A stretch of 58,135 bases of DNA from a virus (IMGVR_UViG_3300042526_000572:1-58135), one strand, 5' to 3'; shown: positions 6,673 through 16,691, counted from the stretch's first letter. Made by a program: numbers and translations. The notes: generated from the letters alone by a model not told the origin.

Positions 6673-8689
6673 GCACTTTGTAAATACTAAGAGGCTATCT
6701 CCTGCAGGAAACGAGTTTACAAAGACTGGGAGGTACTGCCAGTATCCTAAAAACACAGCTTTGTACTATGAGTTTTGGGATGAAGAGAAAAGAAGATGCC
6801 TTGAGGGATTTACAACAGATGAGGGGGATATAACCATTACAGGTTTCCACTATTTCTACCTCAACTATACAAGAATACAAAGAGTTAAGAGCACCACAAG
6901 ACCTGATGGGACTATTCACTCAGAACGTGTAGAAGGATTCCCAGCATTCTACGATACCGACTTTCATTACTACCAAGCAGTTGAAACCTGCAGAGCAACT
7001 GGCAAACATTTAGCAGTTCTTAAGGCCCGAAGAAAGGGTTTCTCTTACAAAGCTGCGAGTATGATGAACAGGAACTACTTCTTAGTTCGTCACTCCAAGA
7101 ACTTTGTATTTGCATCCCTCAAGGAATACTTGACAGGTGTCGATGCCATCCTTACAAAGACTTTCGAAATGATGGCCTTTATAGATGACAACACAGCTTG
7201 GTCTCAACCTCGTTCTTTGGATAGACCTATGGAAAAAACTTCAGGGTACAAGAAAAGAGTAAATGGACAATGGGTTCAGAAAGGATTCTTAAGTTCTATC
7301 GCTGGAGTTTCATTGAAAGATGACCCTGAGAAAGTAAAAGGTAAAGCCGGTGAATTGATTTTCTTCGAGGAAGCAGGTTCTTTCCCTGAACTTCAAGATG
7401 CATGGGCTTATGCTATGCCTACAATGCGTCAAGGAGATAGGACATTGGGAACCATGATTGCTTTTGGTACAGGGGGAACATCAGGCTCAGGGTTTGAATG
7501 CTTAGATGAATTGTTTTATCACCCTGAAGCTTATGATTGCTTATCATTCCCAAATGAATGGTCGGATTCTTCTTTAGGTACTGAGTGTGGATTTTTTGTC
7601 CCAATTTACCACATCCTTGAAGGCTTCATAGATGCAGACGGGAATTCTAATGCGGAATCTGCAAGAGATTTTGAGATATTAGAGAGAAATAAAAAAAGAC
7701 AAGGTAATGACCCGAAAGCTTATGACACATATATTGCAGAGCATCCTTTCAGTCCTGAGGAAGCTACATTACAGGTAAGTGCAAATATCCTAAATCAAGC
7801 CACCTTAAAAGAGCAGTATGATAGGGTTAAGGTGCACAACCTTACAACTTTAGGTGTCCCAGGAGAACTTGTTCCGCATAATGGGAAGGTGAATTTTCAA
7901 CCTAATTGGGAACTGAAACCAATCATAAGATTTCCTCACAGAAAAGGAGATGATATTACAGGGTGTGTAATTGTTTATGAGAAACCTTTCACTCAAAATG
8001 GAGAGGTTCCTGATGGATTGTACTTTATCTGCCATGACCCTTACGCGCAAGACCAAGCAACCTCAACATCTTTAGGTGCAGCATACGTATTGAAAAGACC
8101 GAACAAGTATTCCCAACCTGATGATATGATTGTGGCTAGTTATGTTGGGAGGCCAGCAACTCAGGACATTTACAACTACACCTTATTCAATTTAGCCAGT
8201 TTTTACAATGCTAAAATTGGATTTGAAAATGACCGAGGAGATGTGATAGGTTACGCTAAAAGATTTAGGAGATTAAATCAGCTACAACCTCAATTTGAGA
8301 TGCTTCAGAACAAAGACCTTCAATCTAAAACTGTAGATAGGGGTTTTGGTATGCACATGACTGAGCAAAGAAAGAACCAAGGGATATTATCATATCGAGA
8401 TTGGTTGGATTGTAAGCGAGGACGAGCATTAGATGACACCTTTACTCTTAATGTGCACAAGATTTATGACCCAGCACTTTTACAAGAGAGTATGAAGTTC
8501 AACAACAAAGGAAACTTCGATAGAGTCATGGCTCTGTTAGTAGGTATGTACATGATGCAGGAGATGTACAACACAACTGTTCGTCCTAAAGTCACACAGG
8601 CTCACGGAGAGTGGTTTGATAGAGTTTATGATGGGTCTTTCAATCCTCAAGAAGATGACATAATAGGAGGGGAGGTAATTTCCATTTAA
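6665..8689 (+). CDS. terL: terminase large subunit
   Basis: Walker A LKARRKGFSY, Walker B IFFEEAG, motif III FGTGG, nuclease motifs HDPY and NFDRVMA; crAss-type. Confidence 0.93.
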   Translation: MNRHFVNTKRLSPAGNEFTKTGRYCQYPKNTALYYEFWDEEKRRCLEGFTTDEGDITITGFHYFYLNYTRIQRVKSTTRPDGTIHSERVEGFPAFYDTDFHYYQAVETCRATGKHLAVLKARRKGFSYKAASMMNRNYFLVRHSKNFVFASLKEYLTGVDAILTKTFEMMAFIDDNTAWSQPRSLDRPMEKTSGYKKRVNGQWVQKGFLSSIAGVSLKDDPEKVKGKAGELIFFEEAGSFPELQDAWAYAMPTMRQGDRTLGTMIAFGTGGTSGSGFECLDELFYHPEAYDCLSFPNEWSDSSLGTECGFFVPIYHILEGFIDADGNSNAESARDFEILERNKKRQGNDPKAYDTYIAEHPFSPEEATLQVSANILNQATLKEQYDRVKVHNLTTLGVPGELVPHNGKVNFQPNWELKPIIRFPHRKGDDITGCVIVYEKPFTQNGEVPDGLYFICHDPYAQDQATSTSLGAAYVLKRPNKYSQPDDMIVASYVGRPATQDIYNYTLFNLASFYNAKIGFENDRGDVIGYAKRFRRLNQLQPQFEMLQNKDLQSKTVDRGFGMHMTEQRKNQGILSYRDWLDCKRGRALDDTFTLNVHKIYDPALLQESMKFNNKGNFDRVMALLVGMYMMQEMYNTTVRPKVTQAHGEWFDRVYDGSFNPQEDDIIGGEVISI

Positions 8690-8694
8690 GATTG

Positions 8695-8702
8695 TAATTT
8701 TG
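8695..8702 (+). promoter_or_regulatory. Bacteroidota -7 element TAATTTTG upstream of portal
   Basis: TAnnTTTG followed by CA in the short terL-portal gap. Confidence 0.55.
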
Positions 8703-8724
8703 CAAGTACCTATCTCACAGAAAA

Positions 8725-11019
8725 ATGTATAGTAGTATTCCCGATCAACGCATACCATTAGCCGAAAAAGATAAGGCTTGGAAGAAGAAAACAATGGATG
8801 CTTATTTGAACCTTTCCGAGTACACAAGAAGTATTCGTAAAAGGGAATTGCAAAGACTCTACGACTACTACAATGGAGTTATGTATCCTGAGGATTATGA
8901 CTATGTTCTTAAGCCATACGGAAAATCTAGGAAAGCATTCCCATCTAAAATGCGGAATTATCCTATCATAAAACCTACAATTGATTTACTCTTAGGGGAA
9001 AAATCTCGTAGACCTTTTAACTACTCTGTAATTGCAATAAATGCTGATGCAGTAGATAGGAAAGAAAAAGCTAAGATGGATTTCATTAATGAACAGGCAA
9101 TGCAGATGTTCACGAATGAATTGAATGCAATGGGTATAGACACAGGAGAAGAGTCTAAGCCTGTTCCTCCACCTGACAATCTTCAACAACAATTCGAAAG
9201 AACTTATGTAGATCATGTAGCTGTTCTGGGCCAAAAAGGATTGACATATATTCTTCAGCATCAAGAGATTCACGAAAAGATGCAAAAGGGATGGTTTCAC
9301 TTCTTAGTTGCAGGAGAAACCTTCTCTGAAAGAACCATTCGAAACAATGAAGTAATTTATGAAGTTCTAAATCCATTGGATGTAGACTACGATTTAGATC
9401 CTGACTTGGATTACGTAGAGGATGGTGATTGGGCAAAGGTTACTAAGTATATGGGACCTACAAGTATCCTTAAAAATTGGGGACAATTCTTAGATAAAGA
9501 CCAATACAATAAAATCATATCTGATTCAAATTTTGATTCTGGAAATCTCTTTATAAGTTCAAGAGAGAATACAAATAACTCTAGACTGATTAGAGTTCAA
9601 ATACTGTACTGGCAATCCATGAAACGCACTGGATTCTTTACATCGGTAAATCCTGAAACAGGAATGCCTGAAACAGTTGTTGTAGAAGATGGGTTTAAGA
9701 TTCCACAAGAAGCTAAACTTTATGGGGAAACTTCATTGGAATGGATTTATGACAACTCCCCTTGGCAAGGTATTCGAATCGGAGAAGATTTAGATATAGA
9801 TGTAAGACCTGTAACAGAGGAGAGAGTCTCCCTGGACAACTTAAGTAATACTAAACTTCCTATCAATGGGAAAAGATACTCAGACATAAACTCTGAGAAT
9901 ATTTCTTTAGTAAAACTTGGGGTACCATTTCAAGTCAACTACAACATTTACAAGTACCGGTTAGAAACAGCCATAGCTAAGTCTAAAGACATCATTGCTC
10001 AATTGGATATAAACCTAATCCCTAAGAAATGGGATATGGATAAGTTCATGTACTTTGTAGAAGGTACTGGCATTGCATGGGTAGACTATGACAAGGAAGG
10101 TGTACGATTAAGTCCTCAGCATCAAACTGTAATGGACTTAAGTATCAAGACTATAGGCATGTATATGGACCTCCTTAATTCTATTCAAGCTGAATGGGAG
10201 AATGTTTCAGGGGTAAACAATCAAAGGAGAGGTGATGTAGGTCAGTATCAAGGTAAAGCTATGGGTCAGCAAGCAATTATTCAATCCTCGCATACAACTG
10301 AAGATACTTACAGAAAGTTTGCAGGGTTTGAACGTAGAGATTTACAAGCTTGTATAGATTTAGCTAAACATGCTTGGATAAATGGGAAGAAGGGTATGTA
10401 CATCATGCCTGATGGGTCTCAACAGTTCTTAGACGCTCCTGAGGGTATTCCAATCAATGCAGATTTAGGAGTATTTGTAACAGATGCAACCTCTGAGGTT
10501 GAAAAATTCAACTTTGCAAAAGAGCTTGCACAATCTATGGTTCAGAAAGGTGGTCGTGTTTCTACAGCCCTTGACATGATTGAGGGGGACAGCTTTATAA
10601 TCCTTAAAGAGAAAGTAAAGAAGGCTGAGAAGATGCAAGATGAACTTCAACAAGCTCAAGCTCAAGCTGAACAAGAACAATTGCAAGCTCAACAAGAACA
10701 ACAACTTCAAATGCATCAAGAACAGTTAGCTGATAAGGAAGCTGACAGAGAACTTGAGCGCTCTGAAGGAGAAGCGGATAGACAGAATAAGATTACTCTT
10801 ATGAAGATGCAACTTGAAGCTAAACCTCAAGTGATTGTTCCAGATGAAAATCGTAAACTTAGTCTTGAAGAAAGAAAAGTAGACGAAACTCGTAGAGCAA
10901 CTGAAAGTGCAGAGAGACAAAAAGATAAAGAACTTCAATTAAAGAGTTCAGAGATGCAATTGAAAGCTGCAACTGAAAAGTATAAAGTGGATAACAAACC
11001 TAAACCTTCTGCTAAATGA
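8725..11019 (+). CDS. portal protein
   Basis: Follows terL; YPIIKPTIDLLLGE and SGVNNQRRG...AIIQSS motifs; long Gln/Glu coiled-coil barrel at the C-terminus. Confidence 0.9.
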   Translation: MYSSIPDQRIPLAEKDKAWKKKTMDAYLNLSEYTRSIRKRELQRLYDYYNGVMYPEDYDYVLKPYGKSRKAFPSKMRNYPIIKPTIDLLLGEKSRRPFNYSVIAINADAVDRKEKAKMDFINEQAMQMFTNELNAMGIDTGEESKPVPPPDNLQQQFERTYVDHVAVLGQKGLTYILQHQEIHEKMQKGWFHFLVAGETFSERTIRNNEVIYEVLNPLDVDYDLDPDLDYVEDGDWAKVTKYMGPTSILKNWGQFLDKDQYNKIISDSNFDSGNLFISSRENTNNSRLIRVQILYWQSMKRTGFFTSVNPETGMPETVVVEDGFKIPQEAKLYGETSLEWIYDNSPWQGIRIGEDLDIDVRPVTEERVSLDNLSNTKLPINGKRYSDINSENISLVKLGVPFQVNYNIYKYRLETAIAKSKDIIAQLDINLIPKKWDMDKFMYFVEGTGIAWVDYDKEGVRLSPQHQTVMDLSIKTIGMYMDLLNSIQAEWENVSGVNNQRRGDVGQYQGKAMGQQAIIQSSHTTEDTYRKFAGFERRDLQACIDLAKHAWINGKKGMYIMPDGSQQFLDAPEGIPINADLGVFVTDATSEVEKFNFAKELAQSMVQKGGRVSTALDMIEGDSFIILKEKVKKAEKMQDELQQAQAQAEQEQLQAQQEQQLQMHQEQLADKEADRELERSEGEADRQNKITLMKMQLEAKPQVIVPDENRKLSLEERKVDETRRATESAERQKDKELQLKSSEMQLKAATEKYKVDNKPKPSAK

Positions 11020-11414
11020 GAACTCCATTCGAAGTAATGTTAGAGGCGTATGCTAATAACTATCAAGGTTCTATTTCAGACCTTATGGAACAAGAAGCTA
11101 TGGCCGGGGAAGCTGCTCCTGCTGAACAAGCCAATACTCCTGAAGAAAAGCGAGTGGGGATGAGTAATGGGCCACGACCTATTCAGTTTAATAATGTTCA
11201 AGGGGAACCATTTAATACAATGGAAATGGGAGATACTCCAATTAATATGGATATGTATAAGGGAGAGGAATTGGTAAAGTCTTATCAAGATGTTCAACCT
11301 GGCGTACCTCACATAGATACAGCAGGTGCAGATACAGTTATTGAAACACCATCCTTTAAGTTAGGAGGTTCTATGGCAGATAAGTTAAGGAATTCTAAAT
11401 ACTTCAGAGGATGA
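11016..11414 (+). CDS. probable virion cargo protein
   Basis: ATGA-coupled to the portal; carries TVIETPSFKLGG. Confidence 0.6.
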   Translation: MRTPFEVMLEAYANNYQGSISDLMEQEAMAGEAAPAEQANTPEEKRVGMSNGPRPIQFNNVQGEPFNTMEMGDTPINMDMYKGEELVKSYQDVQPGVPHIDTAGADTVIETPSFKLGGSMADKLRNSKYFRG

Positions 11415-13960
11415 AAAAGTCTAAATGTTCAGTTTGTCCTGACGACATAAGTTCTACTCCTAAGGACTTAAAGAAGTATCAGACAGGCAGTAAATCAAAA
11501 GATGTTTTGTACAACATAGACAGAGCAAGAGAACTTGGATATGAGCCAGACGGAACAGGTCATTTACCTTCTGTCGATTCTGAAACTGGAATGTGGTTGA
11601 AGTCCAAGAAACATCCTACTGCTAGTAAAGAATTAATGGCTTACACTTTAAATCTTGACTTGCAAAGGCAATTAAAGCATCCAATTGTGAATCAAGAGGG
11701 GTACTTTGGAGACGATCAACTTCAATACCAAGAAAAAACCTTACCTAAAGATTTAAAGAAGTATCAGACAGGCACTTCAACTTACTCTGGAGGCATGCTT
11801 CCTATGGCAACAGTTTCTTCTCCTATGTCTGAAAGTCCTATAGCTAGAAACTTGAGAGTTAAAAAAGCTTTACAAGAAGGTAGAGATGTCAATACAGCTA
11901 AGACTGCAAAAGAAAGAGAGTTTGAAAATACTGTAAAGGAACTCTCAGGAGCAGGGTCTGCGGAACGTATTTACAACAATCCTAAAAAGACTGCTGTAGG
12001 AACTGCAAAAGCGCTTGCAAACATTGCGGCTCTTCCAGTTGGAGTAGGTCAAGGACTTTCAGAAGTTGTAAGAGGAAAAGAGTTTAATATGGGAAATAAT
12101 CCTCTTACGGGTGGAAAATACTCTGAAGGATTTAATGAAGCATTAGATGTTGCAACAGTACTTCCTGCAGTAGGGCTTTTAGGTAAAGGTGTAAGAGCTG
12201 GTAAAGCAGCTATTGAAACAAGTAAAGATGTTGGTTTATTATCTAATGCTCATAAATTAAATCCTTTAGCATTTAAGCCTAATAAATCAAATTGGTACAG
12301 ACAGGTTGGTAAGTCCGCAATAGATGATGCTTTAAAAACGGGAGTAATTAGAGAAGCTGGTGAAGAAGTTTCTCCAAGAATGTTGCAAGAGTTTCAAGAT
12401 CAATTAGTAAGAATGCAAGGAAATGGAATGGAAGCAGCTTTAGCTTCTAGAAGACCAGCTTCTCCATTTTTTGGAAAAGGGGAGTTATTTTATCCTATGA
12501 ATAGAAAACCTGTAATAAATAAAAAAACAGGTAAATTAAGTAAAAATCCAGCAGGAGCTGGATCTGCCGATCATTTGATTGAAACATCTTTACCAAATGA
12601 GTCTTTTCAACCAGCTTATGTAAAAGGTATGGGGTTAGGTGTGCCAACAGAAGTTGGGCAAACTGCTATTCTTAAACCAGATCCTAATTTAAGAAATCTT
12701 GAAAATTTTAATTTGTACAAAAAAGATTGGTTACAAGGATATAAAAAAGAAAACTTAAAAAAGTATCAATTGGGAACCGTGTTTGTAAATAGTGCACAAG
12801 ACCCAAGAAATCTTGCATTTATTGATTCTACAGAAGTTGGTAGGAAGTCTATGCAATATTTGCAACAAAAAATTAAAGAAGGTAGTCTTCCAAATGTAAC
12901 AGATTCTGGAAGACCTGTAAGAAGAATTGAAGATTTGTTAGACATAGATTCTAGCAAAATACGGTCTCAAGGTGTTACAAATTTTGGAGTTGTGGGTGTA
13001 AAGTCTTTTCCAAAAGGAGACCCTGCTGCTAAAAATGAACGTATGCCTAGAACTGGGTTACCTAATAAACCTGCAATAGTTATAGAGGGACCTTACTCAA
13101 TTAGAGAAGATTTGCATCAAATGCCAAAGCAAGAAGTTGTAGTAAGACCTAGACCTACCTACACTTCAGTGCCTATAATTAATCCAAATATTTCTGCAAA
13201 TTTTGCAGAAAATGATGCATTGCCAACTACAACTAAAATTCCTAACTCAATTTCTTTTGCAAAAAGTCGAGGTTCTTTTAATGCCAAAGGTCTTTCAAGG
13301 TTTAATAAAGAAACTAATGAGTGGGAAAAAATACCTGAAGGTTGGTTTAATAAGGGAGAGGGGAAAGGAATAGAAAACTTACCTAAGTTTGAATTAGGTG
13401 GGGCACCTCCTGAGAGGAAGCCAAGGGTTATCACTAACTTAAAAGATTTTAAAGTAGCAGAAGAGGCTTACAATGACAGCCTAACCTTGCATAATTATGG
13501 AGAAAATACAATTAAACTTATAAAAGCAGCAACTAAATATATTCCAGGAAAAGCTCCTGGATTTGAAGTTGCGCAAAAAGCTTTTAAGAGTTTAGAGGAT
13601 TTGAACGGAGTTGCGCCAAGTTCATTTGATCAATATTGGAAAAGATGGAGATATTCTGATGGGCGTTCAGAGAGTATGTCGGCAGGACATTTTACAAAAC
13701 CAGTGCAGCCAGTAATATATAAACCCGTTGTTGATACGACTCCAAAACCTCCAAAACCTCCTACCAAAGAGTCAGCAGTAATCCAAAAGAAAGTTGAACA
13801 GACTCCAGGCACTATTCCACCATCTATTACTGCACCAACTCCAATTGTAAAAAAGGATATAGAAAAACTAATGATGCCATCAGGAAGCTACATGCAAAAA
13901 GATGACTTTATTAAAAAGTATGGGGAGAGTGCTTGGAGGAGAGCTTCGGGACAAAAGTAA
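11411..13960 (+). CDS. 849-aa modular putative virion cargo protein
   Basis: Four segments each opened by KKYQTG, KKYQTG, KKYQLG or PKFELGG; one segment is ART-like. Confidence 0.7.
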   Translation: MKKSKCSVCPDDISSTPKDLKKYQTGSKSKDVLYNIDRARELGYEPDGTGHLPSVDSETGMWLKSKKHPTASKELMAYTLNLDLQRQLKHPIVNQEGYFGDDQLQYQEKTLPKDLKKYQTGTSTYSGGMLPMATVSSPMSESPIARNLRVKKALQEGRDVNTAKTAKEREFENTVKELSGAGSAERIYNNPKKTAVGTAKALANIAALPVGVGQGLSEVVRGKEFNMGNNPLTGGKYSEGFNEALDVATVLPAVGLLGKGVRAGKAAIETSKDVGLLSNAHKLNPLAFKPNKSNWYRQVGKSAIDDALKTGVIREAGEEVSPRMLQEFQDQLVRMQGNGMEAALASRRPASPFFGKGELFYPMNRKPVINKKTGKLSKNPAGAGSADHLIETSLPNESFQPAYVKGMGLGVPTEVGQTAILKPDPNLRNLENFNLYKKDWLQGYKKENLKKYQLGTVFVNSAQDPRNLAFIDSTEVGRKSMQYLQQKIKEGSLPNVTDSGRPVRRIEDLLDIDSSKIRSQGVTNFGVVGVKSFPKGDPAAKNERMPRTGLPNKPAIVIEGPYSIREDLHQMPKQEVVVRPRPTYTSVPIINPNISANFAENDALPTTTKIPNSISFAKSRGSFNAKGLSRFNKETNEWEKIPEGWFNKGEGKGIENLPKFELGGAPPERKPRVITNLKDFKVAEEAYNDSLTLHNYGENTIKLIKAATKYIPGKAPGFEVAQKAFKSLEDLNGVAPSSFDQYWKRWRYSDGRSESMSAGHFTKPVQPVIYKPVVDTTPKPPKPPTKESAVIQKKVEQTPGTIPPSITAPTPIVKKDIEKLMMPSGSYMQKDDFIKKYGESAWRRASGQK
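11459..11774 (+). repeat. 31-bp direct repeat (29/31) flanking module 1
   Basis: CCTAAGGACTTAAAGAAGTATCAGACAGGCA (11459-11489) vs CCTAAAGATTTAAAGAAGTATCAGACAGGCA (11744-11774). Confidence 0.9.
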
Positions 13961-14040
13961 GTATAGTGCTTTACTTATAATAGAAACACATAAAATGCAC
14001 CTTACTATCTTTAATCAGTAAAAAATCTTAAAAAACAACT

Positions 14041-14048
14041 TAAATTTG
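14041..14048 (+). promoter_or_regulatory. Bacteroidota -7 element TAAATTTG for scaffold/capsid genes
   Basis: TAnnTTTG followed by C, only 5 nt before the ATG at 14054. Confidence 0.6.
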
Positions 14049-14053
14049 CCACC

Positions 14054-15118
14054 ATGAATATTGAAGACAATTCTAATTCTGCAGGTCTAGACATCGAGTT
14101 TGACCTATTTGCTATGGATACTCCAGCTCCAGTTGAGGAAACTCCTGTTGCTGCAGTTGAGGCTGCACCTGTTGCAGCAAAAGCAACTTCTACTTTAGAA
14201 GATATTGAAACTCCTTCTGCAGTTGTAATCCCTACAGAAGTACAAACTCCTGAATCTACAGTTGTAACCCAAGATGATTCTCTTATCTCTGAGGTTATGT
14301 CTAAACTTGGTTATGATTTTGGAGAAGAGACTTTCGAAGATACCACAGAAGGTATTCTTGAACTTACTCGTAGTGCAGCTGAAAAGATTTCCACTGAAAC
14401 TTTGGACAATATTTTTAACGCTCACCCATCTTTGAAAGAACATTTTGAGTTCTTGCAAAATGGTGGGAGGTCTGAGGATTATGTTCAAATGAATTCTGAA
14501 CCTGACTTTGCAAACTTGGATATATCTGGAAACAGTGATATTCAAAAGCAACTTTTGACCGATTACTTTTTAGCTAAAGGAGAGGACGAAGCATTTGCTC
14601 AGGACATGATAGAATCCTACGAAGATAAAGGAACTCTTGCACAGAAAGCCGAGGCTGCCAAGGCAGCTTTCGCTAGAGTGCAGACTGATCGTAGGAATGA
14701 ATTGTTGACCACTCAAAGAGAAGCAGCTGAAGCTAAACGTCAAGCTACAATTGAAACTTGGAATACTGTAAAAGCTACAGTATCTAAAGCAACTGAATTC
14801 TCTGGTATTGCCATCCCTGAAAAAGACCGTAACAAGTTTATGGAGTACATATCTGCACCTGTAGATAAAGATGGGAGGACTGCAAGAGATTTAGCTGCAA
14901 GTAAATTGACTCTTGAGCAACAACTTACTTTGGATTATCTTTTGTTCAAAGGAATGAATGTAGGTGCTATGGTTGGGGCAAAAGCTCAAACTATTGCAGC
15001 TAATAACCTAAGGACTAGGTTGAAGACTACAGCATCTCCTGTAAGAGGAGGTTCTATAGTTCGCAGTCAATCTTTGGGTAACGGAGATGAAATCGCATTT
15101 GACGACATCTTTAAGTAG
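14054..15118 (+). CDS. putative capsid scaffolding protein
   Basis: Acidic, disordered N-terminus plus helical body; immediately upstream of the MCP. Confidence 0.7.
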   Translation: MNIEDNSNSAGLDIEFDLFAMDTPAPVEETPVAAVEAAPVAAKATSTLEDIETPSAVVIPTEVQTPESTVVTQDDSLISEVMSKLGYDFGEETFEDTTEGILELTRSAAEKISTETLDNIFNAHPSLKEHFEFLQNGGRSEDYVQMNSEPDFANLDISGNSDIQKQLLTDYFLAKGEDEAFAQDMIESYEDKGTLAQKAEAAKAAFARVQTDRRNELLTTQREAAEAKRQATIETWNTVKATVSKATEFSGIAIPEKDRNKFMEYISAPVDKDGRTARDLAASKLTLEQQLTLDYLLFKGMNVGAMVGAKAQTIAANNLRTRLKTTASPVRGGSIVRSQSLGNGDEIAFDDIFK

Positions 15119-15181
15119 TACGAGTACCTTAAAATTGAATTTCATCGGGAGCCGAACCACCCCGTGTAATTATAAATAAAA

Positions 15182-16639
15182 ATGATAACAGGACCAATAG
15201 GCGGAACTAACATTTCCGTACAGAGAACAGTTTACAATGATAGCCAGATGACTGACATGAACAGTCTCTCTAATGCCTTGCTATCGAATCCAACCCAGCT
15301 ATCCCCCATCATCACGCATCTTGCGGGTAAGGAGGATATGCGTTTCCCACTCTCTTTCCTTTCCGAAGGATTGAGTAATTCTACTTCAATTGAAGGATTT
15401 GAATATGAGTATCGTATTCAGACTCGTAAATTGATGACCCGTCCAATCTCAGTTACAAACAGTACTGCAAACCTTGGACAAGGTGGTTCTACATTCGTGT
15501 TGACCTTCCCTGACAAATGGTTTGTATTTCCATACGTTCTAGTAAACTCTGATGGCGCACTTGCACGTATTATGAAAGAACCTGAAGCTGCTCCTGGTGG
15601 CACTGGTTATGAGTATACTATGCAATTGGTTAATCCATCAAACGCAGCTGTACTTGCTACAGGTTTTACTGCAGGTGATTTGTGGGCACAAATGTTTGCT
15701 CCAGTAGGTGTAGATTTCTCTCGTGGAAATGCTTCTAACTGGTCTGCTCCAGGTAAAGTTCGTAATAAGCTTACAACTATCCGTAAGTCTTATAACATGT
15801 CAGGTAATGCCAAAGATTTTGTTGCTGAGTTTACTCTTCCAAAATCAGGTGGCGGAACTACTAAATTGTGGATGGATTACGAAGAATACCAACACATGCT
15901 TTCTTTTAAAGAAGAGTGTGAGATGTACTACTGGTACGGTCAACGTACTTATGGTTCTGACGGTGTAATCAACATGGTTGATGAAAACGGACAGCCTGTA
16001 ATCATCGGTCCTGGTCTTCTTGAGCAAATCGTAAACCAAGAAACTTACGCAGCTCTTACAGAGAATCAATTGATGAATGTTATCGGTGACTTGTTCTACG
16101 GAATGACCGATGCTTCTAAGAAGATTGTAACTCTTTACACAGGTACAGGTGGTATGCGTGAGTTTGACCGTGCAATGAAGAACTTCTTCGGAGCAGCTGC
16201 AAATGCATGGCAGGTATCTGGTGAATCTCGTTTCATCACAGGTTCTGGTCGTTCACTTGGCTTGACAGGTTACTTCAAGTCTTACGAGCACATTGATGGT
16301 CACACTGTAAACGTAGTTAAAGTTCCATTGTTTGATAATGGTCCAGTTGCTGCTGCAAGCGCTCTTCACCCTATCAGCGGATATTCGCTAGAGTCTTATC
16401 GTATGGTTTTTGTAGACCAAAGCTCTTACGATGGTGTGAGCAACGTACGCATGATCAACAAAAAGAACCGTGAGTTCCTTCGTTGGTGTGTAGCTGGTTC
16501 AGTAGTTCCAAAAGGATTTGATTCTTCTTCTTCTCGTGCATCTGATGTCGATGGAGCAAGTGTTCACATGCTTAAGACTGCTGCAATCTGTCTTGGTCGT
16601 TTCGACACAAGCCTTGACTTCCGTTGTGTAGCTGCATAG
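15182..16639 (+). CDS. major capsid protein
   Basis: 485 aa; crAss-type MCP motifs (NKLTTIRKSY, GPGLLEQI, LYTGTGGMREF); strongly biased codon usage; strong terminator downstream. Confidence 0.9.
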   Translation: MITGPIGGTNISVQRTVYNDSQMTDMNSLSNALLSNPTQLSPIITHLAGKEDMRFPLSFLSEGLSNSTSIEGFEYEYRIQTRKLMTRPISVTNSTANLGQGGSTFVLTFPDKWFVFPYVLVNSDGALARIMKEPEAAPGGTGYEYTMQLVNPSNAAVLATGFTAGDLWAQMFAPVGVDFSRGNASNWSAPGKVRNKLTTIRKSYNMSGNAKDFVAEFTLPKSGGGTTKLWMDYEEYQHMLSFKEECEMYYWYGQRTYGSDGVINMVDENGQPVIIGPGLLEQIVNQETYAALTENQLMNVIGDLFYGMTDASKKIVTLYTGTGGMREFDRAMKNFFGAAANAWQVSGESRFITGSGRSLGLTGYFKSYEHIDGHTVNVVKVPLFDNGPVAAASALHPISGYSLESYRMVFVDQSSYDGVSNVRMINKKNREFLRWCVAGSVVPKGFDSSSSRASDVDGASVHMLKTAAICLGRFDTSLDFRCVAA

Positions 16640-16658
16640 TAAGCTGAACATAAAATTC

Positions 16659-16691
16659 AAAGGGGGGTGAAGTGATTCACCTCCCTTTTTT
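16659..16691 (+). terminator. intrinsic terminator after MCP
   Basis: AAAGGGGGGTGAA-gtga-TTCACCTCCCTTT followed by a T-run. Confidence 0.85.

Noticed and set aside
10640-10730. CAAGCT/CAAGAA short repeats in the portal
   Set aside because: Explained by the Gln/Ala/Glu coiled-coil barrel coding sequence.
6665-16639. Introns or inteins in terL, portal or MCP
   Set aside because: The genes are continuous and of normal length, with no intein splice motifs or homing endonuclease seen.
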